Shown: positions 12,183 through 24,183 of the stretch, in pieces
How the letters are laid out: every line of letters begins with the position of its first letter
Position numbering within the stretch: position 1 is the first letter of the stretch
Assembly: GCA_951406725.2 (NCBI GenBank)
Contig: OX597814.1
Span: forward strand, 64,728,001-64,792,000
DNA: 64,000 nucleotides
Direction of reading: 5' to 3'
Source: Octopus vulgaris
Taxonomy: Eukaryota
Notes under the pieces: model-generated
Told to the model about the DNA's origin: nothing
Databases searched by the model: none
Seen by the model: the letters and a program-made list of their open reading frames with translations, nothing else
Made by a program: the position numbers and the translations under genes

Positions 12183-12604
12183 AGAGTGGCTGTGTGGTAA
12201 GAAGCTTGCTTCCCAACCACATGGTTTTGGGTTTAGTCCCTCTGCATGGCACCATGGCCGAGTGTCTTCTATTATAGACTCAGGCCGACCAAGGCCTTGG
12301 GAGTAGAATTGGTTGACGGAAACTAAAAGAAACCTGTCGTATATATATATATACACACACACACATAAATATATGTGTGTGTATGTGTTTGTATGTATTT
12401 ATTTGTGAGTCTGTGTTTGTTTTCCCCACCCATTGCTTGACAACAGATGTTGATGTGTTTACGTCTCTGTAACCTAGCGGCTCGGCAAAAAGTTCAATAG
12501 AATAGGTACTAGGCTTATAAAAATATAAGTCCTGAGGTCGATTTTTTCGACTAAAAGCGGTGCTCCAGCATGGCCATAGCCAAAATGATTGAAACAAGTA
12601 AAAG
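12183..12604 (+). mobile_element. tRNA-derived CORE-type SINE, same family as 4191-4583
   Basis: Colinear similarity over the whole length with 4191-4583, including tail gcggtgctccagcatggcc. Confidence 0.85.
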
Positions 12605-12819
12605 AATAAATGAATATATATAGTACGTCTCACAATTGCAGTTTGAGGATAGAAACCAGGTCTAAACACAATAGCTTATAGACATACTCTGAATGTAATT
12701 CTATATAAATCTTTAATAATTTCTTTTTAATACTTAAGACCATCAGAAATGTTAAGATATCAGCCTCTACCCACGTTGTCTTGCTTTGATTAAAAGGTTA
12801 CAGCATAGATTAGATTACT

Positions 12820-13230
12820 TAAATAAGTTACAGCCGAAGTTGACTCAGGCTATGTTTAATTCAATAGCATCATCTGGAAGAGATACACAGTCAGCTCTGG
12901 GGAACCGCAGCCCATTCAAGCAGAGGGTTATTGTTTTCAGAGACATATCTGGGTATGGGTGGTTTATCTGGTATTTGTTGGGGGTAATCATCTAGGGATC
13001 GTTTGAATGCCGTGAAGTCCCTTTCCTCCTTTATGTGTGTCTGGCACGATATTGAAGAGAGCAGTGCCAATTGGGGTGAAGTAGTTCTGTCATTGTGTTG
13101 TGATGCTACACAAACATTTCTGTACTGGACGGATGGCACGGTGACCATGACTCGGGCGAATTTTAAAAATGGGCAATGTTGATGGAATATTTTCCACATT
13201 AGCGGCGGTGGAGGGAGCAAAGCCTGAGCT
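12820..13230 (-). mobile_element. 3' end fragment of a CR1/L2-group LINE
   Basis: Translation ...DFTAFKRSLDDYPQQIPDKPPIPRYVSENNNPLLEW* matches the FKxxLDxxLxxIPDxPxxPGY C-terminal motif. Tail ttcggctgtaac. Confidence 0.72.
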
Positions 13231-13269
13231 TTTTGAGTCGATCCTAATAGTCAAGGCTTGTCATGTCAT

Positions 13270-13628
13270 CCTCCGCAGACCTCCGCAAAGCAGTTCATTT
13301 TAAGATAGATACGCGAGTAAAATTAATAATAGAGAAACGAAAATAAACTTTGGAAACAGCAACGCCCCCATAGGTTACGTGGAAACGTAACATTGTAATA
13401 CTTCATGTAAAGTAAATATCACAAATGAAAAATCCTTCAAAAATCCATAAAAATCCCGAGATCACTACCAAAATTTCATCATCTGTTCCTTATGTCATCA
13501 TTACCAAATTTTCCTGCGAGTTTCATCAAATTCCTTTCACAACTTTTTGAGTTATTTTGCACACAGACGGACAGACGGACAAACCAACGCCGATTAAAAC
13601 ATAACCTCCTTCCTTATCGGAGATAATA
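13270..13628 (+). mobile_element. Non-autonomous Helentron-like (HINE/DINE-1-type) element
   Basis: 5' gcagacctccgc, internal gatcactaccaaaatttcatcatctgttcct...tttcatcaaa...ttttgagttat, (GACA/GACG) microsatellite, 3' aaaacataacctcc...cggagataat end. Confidence 0.65.
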
Positions 13629-14049
13629 ATGTTGCCCTGAAAAGGACTTTAATGCGTTCCCTAAGTATATAGAACTAAACTGGTTTCTTACCCACATACT
13701 GTTGTATGCCTTTTCACAGCAAAAGTTGTTGATAATACTTGTTGATATACAAAGCTGATAAATATGCATAGGTGTTACAAATTAAGTTTAAGTACCAATA
13801 AACATCAGCTTGGATAACACTTTACTCAACCGATAGAGAAAGATGACAGATCAAGCTGATTATGTAAACAGAATTCTGATTATTCGCAAGCGTCTTGATG
13901 TGTCAAGTTCTGATTTTCCGCCTATTCTTGTCGGAACTTTTGATACGGAGTATCGAAATTTTAATCCCTTTCACACTAATAAAATGTCAAGCAAACTAAA
14001 AAATTTGTCATTACCGTTATTGTCAATATGGGCAGAATTTATTAATTGT

Positions 14050-14200
14050 TTACTGCAAAGAAGAAACTAAATATGTTGAATATGCATTCGTACGTGACAA
14101 TAGAGCCGCGGGAAGGCATTTTATTATTAATGAAGCCAATGTTCGAAATTGGCGTAAACAGTAAGACAAACTTAAACTGTGCTTAGTAATAAACAGACAA
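14050..14200 (+). pseudogene. pogo/Tigger-like transposase N-terminal (Brinker-type DNA-binding) fragment
   Basis: Translation YVEYAFVRDNRAAGRHFIINEANVRNWRKQ*DKL resembles the pogo HTH motif (xxAxxxGNRAAxRxFxxxExxVRxWRKQ). Confidence 0.55.
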
Positions 14201-14912
14201 AAATAAAACCATGCAATCAAGATCGTCCATACCATTACATTTTGTTCGGTCAGAAATATCCATATCACTATGTATGTCAATAGTGCTCCATTGCAATAAG
14301 TAGAAATTCCAATGAAACTTCAAACCCTATTGTAAAATATGGCCCGGACCGTGATTAACGGCATGAACGTTAGACTTCAAAAAGTAGTTAACCATTTAAT
14401 GGTTTTAGTAAATTTATACAGAAAAAGTAATCATTATACAGTCCAGTATAAAAAAAGTCAACTTCATTATATTTAAGTCCTTATGTTTCTCTAAAAGCTT
14501 ATTCTGACATTAAATGAATCAACTTCCGGTACCAATGTTTACGTTTTGTACGTCTTTTTCCAACAAAAAAAGATTTCTTGAAACGATTTACTCATATAAT
14601 TTACGCACCCTTAAAGTCAATTTTTATTTTTGCCGCACACGTATTTATACAACGTAACCACTGGCAAGCGGTCACTCTAATAATATTGCTTTTCTAATAA
14701 ATGGAGTGAGAAATGACCAGTAGGCAAACGAGAAAAATAAAGAAAAATGAATTGGCTATTTCCCCTTGGATGTTAAAGGAAAATAGATGGGTTATATCTT
14801 CTAGGGGCCCTAGCCGTCCATTTATAGTATTTTATTAAACTGCAATGAGCCTTGTAACAAACTGGATTTTGGTTTAACTTGTATAAAAAGTTTCATGACA
14901 CAGACAGACACC

Positions 14913-15000
<88 letters not shown>

Positions 15001-15079
15001 CACTCCGGTGATATTTTCGATCATATAGCACATGGCGTCAGCCGGACAAATGGATTAATCTGGTATATACGTGCATATA

Positions 15080-16659
15080 CAGTTGCGGCATTGCTTTCGT
15101 CAGAAAAGTAGGTATAAGTTTTTATCAAAGTTGTTTTATATTCTATAATTTTCACATACAATAAATACGATATTATTTGTTATTGTCTGAGATTTTGGTG
15201 TAATTTGAGACGATAATGAAAAAGTTATGGATGATTTAGTGATTTACTGCAAAACCCATGGCGGCCAAAATGATCAGAACGGTTGCTTTTACTCCATGTT
15301 TTAGTATATTTAACAGTCGAACTCTAATGTTTTGAATTTGTTTACGTGACAGTTTGTTTACTAAACATTGGTAAGAATGTTAATATAATGCCACTTACTC
15401 CGTTACCAATTCGTCAGCAGGTTATTAAGCTTCGAAAGAAGGATAATTTAAGTATTAGGTCTATTGCGAAGATTGTTAACAAGTCAAAAAGTGATGTTCA
15501 CGGTATTCTTAAGGTCTACGATGATTGTGGTTCGTGTGAAGCAAGAAAGTCTACAGGCAGGCCAAGAAAAACGACCAAGAGAGAAGATCGTGCTATGGTA
15601 AAGTTGGTTAAAAAGGACAGATTTAAAACTGCTGCTGCTGTTTTTCATGAAATGAGCATTGTACTGAAGAAAACTTTATCTCGAAGAACTGTCTTGTCGT
15701 TTAGTTGAACATGACCTACAAGCAAGAGCACCTGCAGTGAAGCCACTGATCAGTTCCAAGAATAAAAAGTGTCGTCTTACCTTTGCAACCGAACATGTGT
15801 TGTGCTCTCAAAAAAAATGGCAAACGTTGCATTTCAGTGATGAATCTAATTCTATGTTATTTGGTTCAGATGGGAAAAGGTACGTTCGTTGAAAAGCAGG
15901 TGAAAAATTGTCACCTAAATGCCTTAAGACGTGTTAAATTCGGTGGAGGAAGTGTCATGGTTTGGGGGATGATATCTGGAGATGTTGTGGGCCCTTTGCT
16001 GCGATTACATGGAAAGGTAAATGCAGGAGTTTATAAACAACTTGTAAAAGATCATGTCTTGCCTGTGCTGAGAAATTCAACTAAGCGACCACCCATATTC
16101 ATGCAGGACAATGCCCCATGTCACAAGGCTAAGGTGGTCAAGAACTTCCTCTAGGCTGAAAAGGTTATTGTTATGGATTGGCCTGCTCAAAGCCCAGACC
16201 TCAATCCTATTGAAAATGTGTGGAATATTCTAGGAGAACGTTTGAAAGCCAGAAATCCTAAAACAACTGAGCAATTATGGAATGCCCTTCAGGAAGAATG
16301 GAATAAGATCACCCAGCAAGAATTTGAAAATTTAATTTCCCCATGCAGTCAAAAATGTCAAACTTTGATTGAAGCTAAAGGGCTTCACACTAAATATGAA
16401 ATAATTCCAGCATTCTCTGTCACTTTTTGATTATTTTGTTATTTTTTCAACCGTTCTGATCATTTTGGCCACCAAGGGTTTTGCAGTAAATAACTATATC
16501 ATCCATAACTTTTGTATTATCCACTCAAATTACACCAAAATCTCAGAAAATACCAAGTAATATTGTATTTATTGTCTGTGAAAATTATAGAATATAAAAC
16601 AACTTATACCTACTTTTCTGACGAAAACAATGCCGTTCTGAACATTTTGGCTGCAAATC
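15080..16659 (+). mobile_element. Tc1-family DNA transposon (DD34E) with ~200-bp IR/DR terminal inverted repeats
   Basis: TIRs 15080-15284 and 16449-16659, flanked by TA. Internal direct repeat ggccaaaatg(a/t)tcagaacgg. Encloses a transposase pseudogene. Confidence 0.95.
15388..16430 (+). pseudogene. Tc1 transposase, frameshifted with an in-frame stop
   Basis: Paired-like HTH, GRPRKT, FSDES, FGGGSVMVWG, FMQDNAPCH, WPAQSPDLNPIENVW. 34 residues between the second D and E. Confidence 0.93.
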
Positions 16660-17089
16660 TATATGTATGTATACGAGTGTATATATAAGTGCTCGTATGT
16701 TGCATACACACACACGCACGCACACACACACACATACACACATATATGTATGTGCTTGTGTGTTTGTGTAATTATGTACTAAATTTGTTATATTTCTACC
16801 GATAAAGTGAAAGTATTTTTTTTCTAAGCCAGAAATCGCCGATCTGGGAGTAACTATTAATTTTTTGCTAATTTCTTTGTTCATTTATCTTTTCACCTGT
16901 GCTATATAAATACATGATGTGGCTTTAGAGTCAGTTTTGACTGTTATATCTAGCATGGTGGAACCTCTCCAGCTCCCTTAATTATAATAATATTTATATG
17001 ATTATATATCTATAGTATATATTAATAATATTAAAAAAAAAAAAATATATATATATATGCATTTATACATACGTATATGTACATACATC

Positions 17090-17149
<60 letters not shown>

Positions 17150-17169
17150 TATAAATATATGTATATGTG

Positions 17170-17480
17170 GGCACATGTACAACAAAAAAGTACGAAGCAC
17201 AAGTGCATGGAACATGAACTATACTTTCAAACAACGAAAGATACAATCTGAAAACAAACAAACAACATAAAGAACAACCCTTCAACAATTGTTGGCTGTT
17301 TTTCTAGTCTCGTATTTCGAGCATTTAACAATAATATACGATTTCGATAAAACAGTTTTGGGATTTTGCGGAGGGTCAAAATTGGTAACACAAACTGTAC
17401 AGTGAAAACAAACAGGAAGGGCTGCTAAGGCTAAACGAGGTTGTGGTGGCTAACGCATAAATCAAGCAGGACAGAGACAA
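17170..17480 (-). mobile_element. TA-inserted interspersed repeat, inverted relative of 21120-21395
   Basis: Reverse complement shares cagcc(c/t)t..ctgtttgttttcact, tccgcaaa(a)tcccaaa and tgctcgaaat...aaacagcc(g/a)acaa with 21120-21395. Confidence 0.65.
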
Positions 17481-17755
17481 TCAAAAACACGTCTTCCTTC
17501 TTTCAGCTACAACGGAGAGAAAGAAAGAAAGATGGCCGATAGTCCCGTGGGAGGCACGTGAGCAAGGGAGGAGGAGTGAGGGAGAGAGAGAGAGTGACAG
17601 AGTAATAGGACAAAATAGTGGGAAGAGAGGAGGTAAAAGAATAAGAGAGACAAAAAGAGAGAAAAACGAAAGAGAAAATGATCGAGTCAGAATTATTAAC
17701 ATAAATCTTACTTGGAAGAGGATGCGTCGCGTTCAATCATATAATAATATAAATA

Positions 17756-17792
<37 letters not shown>

Positions 17793-17908
17793 TATATGCA
17801 TTTGTATGTATGTATATACAGCAGTTGATAAGTGCTAATGCACAAAATTCTTGGACTGTGAGTAACTCTGTTGCTTGTGTTAAATAACACTATAAATATC
17901 ACTATGCA

Positions 17909-17989
<81 letters not shown>

Positions 17990-18134
17990 GTGTGTGTATG
18001 TGTGTGTGTATAACAAAGGCTAGGAGTCCTTCACTCCCAATGGTTTAACCGCGCGATCGGGTATTCAGTCCGATTGTTTCTATGTCCCCGCGCATGATAC
18101 AGCCTTAAGCCTTAAGAGAGAGAAAAAAAAACAT

Positions 18135-18457
18135 TTATTGGATGGCCGTTGACTCTCAAGAGTTCCTCCGCCCTTTGACGAGTTTTGTTTTTCCTCCCGC
18201 AGGGTGTCCAATAAACACCCTTCTCACCAAGCAACAGGTAACTGGGATAACTCCGACATAAAACCTGCCGCTCAGTGGTTACCGATGATTTTGACTTGCT
18301 CTTCTTTTCGGAATATGGTTGCTGTTGCTTAGTGAGTGGGAGTGACTCAGTGCACAGCCTTTCCTCACTTAAAAAATCTTCTTGCACAGGCATTGCACGA
18401 TAACAACATTGATTAAGCTTCGTGCAATGGCCATACTCGATAACGAGGGGGCAGCCA

Positions 18458-18460
<3 letters not shown>
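18135..18460 (+). mobile_element. Short RTE-derived non-autonomous element (bipartite 5'UTR plus 3' end)
   Basis: cacttaaaaaatcttcttgcacaggcat resembles the RTE 5'UTR motif; gccatactcgataacgagggggcagccacca followed by (TA)n resembles an RTE 3' end. Confidence 0.45.
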
Positions 18461-18510
<50 letters not shown>

Positions 18511-18513
<3 letters not shown>

Positions 18514-19298
18514 AAGAAACAAAAAAAGAAAGTGGAGATTGGGAAGTTAGTAAGTCTTTATCATTAACAGTAAATTGTTCATCATCCCTTACAGGTGGTT
18601 CAATCAATACTGAATAAATATTAAGTAAATATTAAATTTATATGATCTGAGCATAATATCGTCAGAGGGAAAAGAAACATACCCTTGGATGTTTTATGTG
18701 TTTATGGATTCATTACAGTAGACTGCTGTAATGAATCCATAAACACATAAAATATCCAGGGAATATTTTTCCCTCTGAAGATATTATGCTCAGGTTATAG
18801 AAATTTAATATTTACTAAATAATTACTGAGTAGTAATTGAAACAGCTGTAAAGGATGATGATTAATTTGCTGTTAATGATAAACAACTATTAACTTCTCA
18901 ACCTCTATTTTCTTTTACTTCTTTTATATGAATATAAACTATATGCTTTTTAAATATACACAAATTATTTCAAAGAAATTAATTCCCATAAAATACTATA
19001 CTAGGTATTGAACCAATATTTCCTTGGAAGAAAACATCCTTTCATGAGGTTAACATCACCTCTAATCGAATTTAATAATCATATATTTGTATGGAAGTAT
19101 GTATTTTCGTATATGAAATCCAAATAAGACAAAGAAAGAGTTTTGTGTATCATACAATTGTTTCTGGCTCACCCCGTTTTTAACTCGATTACACGTCCAT
19201 GATTTGTGAAAGTTAAGTAATATTTTCAATTTCATTAGAGTGGTACTTCATCAATGGTACGATGGAAATACTCTGATTCCTACTCGATCAGGAATTTA
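18511..19298 (+). mobile_element. Fold-back element between (TA)n tracts: ~210-bp palindrome plus unpaired tail
   Basis: 18511-18720 is the reverse complement of 18724-18928 (centre ~18722). The right arm continues to (TA)n at 19299. CTGANGA...GAAA motif at 18775-18803. Confidence 0.75.
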
Positions 19299-19543
19299 AT
19301 ATATATATATATATATACGTAAATCTATATATATATTTGAAAAGAAAACATACGTTTATAAATTATCGCAAATATGTGGTTTGAGGGCAATTTCTATCCT
19401 TTTTGTTGTATGTTTACTCCCTCACTGAAATCTTCGTTTTCGTCGTCAACGCAAATGTCGTTTGTGACCTGTAGAAAAATCTCCCACGCATTTAAATATA
19501 AATACTATTGCACTGAAAGAAAGGACATATGTTATTTGTTGTA

Positions 19544-19609
<66 letters not shown>

Positions 19610-19923
19610 GATGTTTCAGAATGAGCAACAGAGTTTAGTAACATTTTTAATTAGTAATTATTTAAAGATTTTTTTCCGAATCAGTCTACTCTAAACATCG
19701 GAGATCGTAAAACAGAAGGAAAGAGGTAAAAAAAAAGAATGGAAGAAGTGAAACTGAAAATGAAAATATTGTTATTTGTTAGTCCCCTCCCAGCTCCATG
19801 GTAAATTTTCATTTTGACATTTTCGGAAACTTATCTATGTGTACATAAATAAATGCACACAAGCACACATATATGCACACAAACGCTCACACACCCATAA
19901 ACAGACAGACAGACAGACAGACA

Positions 19924-19972
<49 letters not shown>

Positions 19973-19992
19973 ACAAACACACACATATATAT

Positions 19993-20305
19993 GACACTCC
20001 GTCGGTTACGTTGATGACGGTTGCAGTTGATCCAATCAACAGAACAAATTACTCATCAAATAAACATGGTTGAGCATTGCACATACACGCTTACCTTTGG
20101 CATAGTTCACAGGGAGATTCAGCGTGACACAGAATATGACAAAGTTAGCCCTTTGAAATACTGATGCATCTCATTTTTGTTAGTTGAGTGGACTGGACCA
20201 ATAAAATGAAAAAAATGTCTTGCCCAGGGACACAACACACAGGAATCGAACTGACGATATTAATTTGTGAACCAAATCTTCTAACAACTAAACCACGCAC
20301 CTTCA
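19993..20305 (-). mobile_element. tRNA-derived SINE with CORE-like body and RTE-type tail
   Basis: Minus-strand head gtgaaggtgcgtggtttagttgttag...gttcgattcc, then ccctgggcaagaca. Tail shared with 63257-63629. Confidence 0.75.
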
Positions 20306-20385
20306 CACACACACACATGTATGTATATGAAAGTATACATTTATGTACGTGTGTTTATGTGTGTATACATACATGCATATATATA

Positions 20386-21005
20386 CTAGCTGACATGCTC
20401 GGTAATCCCCGGGAAAGCGGGGCTTATCCCTTGGTTCTGTACTCATAATTGTTTCGCTAATCCAGTAACAACAATACAAAGTATGTAGCCCTTAAAACGG
20501 TTTTTGTGCATTTACTGAGAATACGGAACTATCTTACACAGGATCTTGTTTTTAGGAATTCCCAATAAGTTATATATACCCAAATTGTGAAGTCAGTTAT
20601 GTAATAACATGCAATTAATTACCCGATAGTAAGAACTTAAATAAAGTAGTCCCGAAAAGGGCTTTAATATGTTCCCAGAGTATATGAAACTGAGGAGGAA
20701 ATACTAATAATGTATATATACTAAAATCGTAAAGCATCTTACGTAATAATAGGCTAATCAGATATGATGTAATAACAATTAAAAGTAAATAACTCTGGTA
20801 AAAGCTATTGTGCGTTCGCAGAAAATATTACCGTCAGCGGCGCTAGTATTGTTATATTCGTGAATAAGTCACTAACCAAAATAAGTGGATCTATTGTTTA
20901 GGAATATACTATTTACTTGTTTAAGCGTTGTACTGGCGAAATTGCGAAAATAACTCAAATAGTTCAAATACTAAGAAATAAGCATACTCAATTTTATTTA
21001 TACGA
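20386..21005 (-). mobile_element. Non-autonomous Helitron-like element
   Basis: Minus strand begins TCGTATAAATAAAA and ends with a GC hairpin (cccggggattaccgag) then CTAG|T. Internal diverged subrepeats. Confidence 0.5.
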
Positions 21006-21119
21006 AATAATTTAGGAACGTGAATGGGTTATTTGCCTTGACTATATATAATGATCCCTTTCAGGAGCGAATGGGTTATTTCCCATGGATGTTTTAAAAT
21101 AATATATTAGTTATGGCTC

Positions 21120-21395
21120 AGCAGCCTTTTCTGTTTGTTTTCACTCTCCTGTTGTTTTTATCAACGTTGACTCTCCGCAAATCCCAAATTTTATTTTGCT
21201 TTGCAGGAGCAACTGTTTTCTGGAAGACACATCTTGTCGTAATTGCTCGAAATGTGGAGAAGATAAACAGCCGACAACTGATGGAGGATCATTCTTTATG
21301 TTACTTGTCTTGTTTTCCATTAGTTCCTTTCGTTGTTCGCAACAAAAGTTCGCATTCCATTCACGTTGTTCACGTTTTATGACGTCCTGTACCCA
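21120..21395 (+). mobile_element. TA-inserted interspersed repeat (same family as 17170-17480)
   Basis: Similarity to the reverse complement of 17170-17430; ends at a (TA)n tract. Confidence 0.65.
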
Positions 21396-21803
21396 TATAT
21401 ACATATGTATATACATGTATATGTATGTACATATATGTGTATGTATATATATATATATATATATATATGTATTATTTATGTATATACATACACATATACG
21501 GTCAATTGGCTGATTCGTTAGAGCGTGGAGCAGATTGATTTGCAGCAATATTTCCGGCTCTACGCTTTCTGAATTGAAATACTGTTGAGATCAACTTTGC
21601 GTTTTACCTTTCTAGAAAAGTGAAATACCAGTCTTGGTGTCCGTTTCTATCTTTCCCTACCCCCCTTTCTCTCGTAGAAAGAATAATGTGTTGTCAAAAT
21701 TGGAGATTCATGGAGAACCGCTTGCTTTAAAGTACTGGTAATATGTCGTATATAATAGCTGCGTTCAGGGCCGATTGTATGGTATCCTATGCCAAGTATA
21801 TGA

Positions 21804-21905
<102 letters not shown>

Positions 21906-22393
21906 AGAGACATAAATTCTATGTGCTATTCCTTGAAAGGGGTCTCTGTAGTGTGGATGAAAATTTAAGAACGTACCACTAGGGGTAAGCAGATAGAAAA
22001 AAGTGAATAGATATGTATGTTAGGAGGAGAATGGTTTTAGTCAAAAGGACTAGGGGAGGAAAGAAGAAAAAGGAAGAAAAAATTTTAAAAAGGAGTGCTT
22101 GATGGTGGTCAAGATATTATGAGGAGGATGCAAGAGGAGAGCTATCAAGATGAAAGGAATAGGGTAAGGATAGAATGAAGAGAAAAGAATGTAAGGAAGG
22201 AATATGTGTGAGAAGTGGGAGGTGGGGTGATATGTTTGAAAGGCACTAAGTTGAGGAGATAGGTAAAGAAAGTTGTAGGGGGTGTACTAAAGTGAGTAGT
22301 AAACCTCAAAAACGAAGGGAAGAATAATAAGATATAATGGTCAAGTTACTATTTACATTTGACGGATATTTGTCTTCATCTTGTTTGTTGTTG

Positions 22394-22433
22394 ACACAAC
22401 GTTTCGATTGATATACACTCCAGCTTTCATCAG
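22394..22433 (-). ncRNA. Minimal hammerhead ribozyme motif (inverted arm)
   Basis: Minus strand CTGATGA-aagctgg-agtgtata-tcaatc-GAAA-CGT-T-gtgt. Confidence 0.65.
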
Positions 22434-22546
22434 TGACCTGAATAACTACAACAACAATAACAATAACAACAACAACAACAACACCAACAACAATAACATC
22501 GAAAAATACCTTAGGAATGAGAGCCCAGGTTCGAAATTTCCCCAAG

Positions 22547-22590
22547 ACACCTGATAAAAGCTGGAGGGCATATCAGCCGAAACGTTGTGT
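22547..22590 (+). ncRNA. Minimal type I hammerhead ribozyme motif
   Basis: Stem I acac/gtgt, core CTGATAA (one mismatch to CUGANGA in this copy), stem II gctgg/tcagc, GAAA, palindromic aacgtt stem III. Confidence 0.68.
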
Positions 22591-22666
22591 TAACAACAAA
22601 CAAAATGAGGACAAATATCCGTCAAAGGTAAATAATGTAAATAATGTAAATAATTCCTCATCTCTT

Positions 22667-22702
<36 letters not shown>

Positions 22703-22832
22703 TGTACTATCAAAAGTGATAGTAGGTAATTACTGTATGAGCTATACACACGCGCACATATATACATATAGCTGTGTATATGCACTATTATATAGGCCCT
22801 CATACTTATGTACCTATACACATATGCATATC

Positions 22833-22894
<62 letters not shown>

Positions 22895-22897
<3 letters not shown>

Positions 22898-23040
22898 TTT
22901 ATTTAAAGCAGCAGAAAATTCAACAAAACCTGTTACAGGTTTTGTTGAATTTTCTACTGCTTTAAATAAAGCATATTACTCTACCACTGGTATTTGAGTA
23001 CTCTTTTTTCCACCTTGTTTCACATTTATGTGTTTACTCC
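22895..23040 (+). mobile_element. Fold-back element in (TA)n, copy 2 (1-nt loop)
   Basis: Near-perfect hairpin centred at 22934 plus the same tail as 3955-4022. Confidence 0.8.
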
Positions 23041-23091
<51 letters not shown>

Positions 23092-24183
23092 CGGGTCCAT
23101 GTAATACTGCATATACACATCTATATGTATATGTGTGAGCTTGTATACATCTATATAGACATCTTTCTTTCTCTCTCTGATTCATCAGCCCCCACTATCA
23201 CTTTAGCTAGTACAATAATTACCTACGTCTATTATTAGAAACTTGACCACTATATCTTATTATTTTCTCTTCCTTTTTGAGGTTTACTATTCAATTTAGA
23301 ATACTTTCTACCATTTTCTTTACCTATCTCTCCCCCTTAGCTCCTTTCAAGCATATCACCCCACCCCCACGTCTCCCACATATTTCTTCCTTACATTCTT
23401 TTCTCTTCTTTCTATCCCTCCCCTATTCCTTTCATCTTGATAGCTCTCCTCTCGCATCCCCCTCACAATATCTTGACTATCATCTAGCACTCTTTTTTCA
23501 ATTTTCCTCCTCTTTCTTTTTTCTTTCCTTCCCTATTCCTTTTGACTAGTGCCATTCTCATCCTAACATACATATCTATTCTCTTCTCTCTATCTACTTA
23601 ACCCTACCAATACATTCTTAACATTTCACTCACACCACAAGACTCCTTTGACTGAAAAGCACATAGAATTTGTGTCTCCACACTATCCACTTGAAATAAC
23701 AAAATATGAACTCCTATTGGAATCTACATACTATGAACAAGAAGTATTCCTACCCATTTTACATAGCACTTTCCTTGAATAATGGAACTGCAACTGTAAC
23801 ATCCTACATATATTCTCATTTTTATTCTCTTATTTCCTTTTATACTTCCTATATCTATCCTTTTCCAAAATAACTCCTTATATTGAACTCTACTATTTCC
23901 CTCTAGTTAGCTCTCTCATATAATCCCTAATATCCCAGAAACAGCTGTAAGAAACCTTTCTCTTTATAAGTATCCTATAAATTCAACAGATCATTGGCTT
24001 TGTTGTCTCATTTTATTTAACATATGCATGCTCATGCAGGACTCGCATTAGACTCCTCATTCATATCATTATCGAACCGAGAGTCTAACTACGGTCCTCC
24101 CGTAGCATTTACATAACCTTACTCTCCATCTTTGGTCTTCTGGATACCAGTACCTCTCATATATATATATATATATATATATG

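Larger units (their letters stand above)
22350..22668 (+). mobile_element. 5'-truncated, 5'-inverted copy of the hammerhead-carrying SINE
   Basis: 22431-22640 is colinear with 54376-54550; 22350-22433 is the reverse complement of 22551-22636. Ends at (TA)n. Confidence 0.85.
21907..23678. repeat. Old diverged palindrome with nested insertions
   Basis: 21907-22349 is the reverse complement of 23241-23678, and 22700-22780 of 23090-23215. The right-arm family continues to (TA)n at ~24158. Confidence 0.8.
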
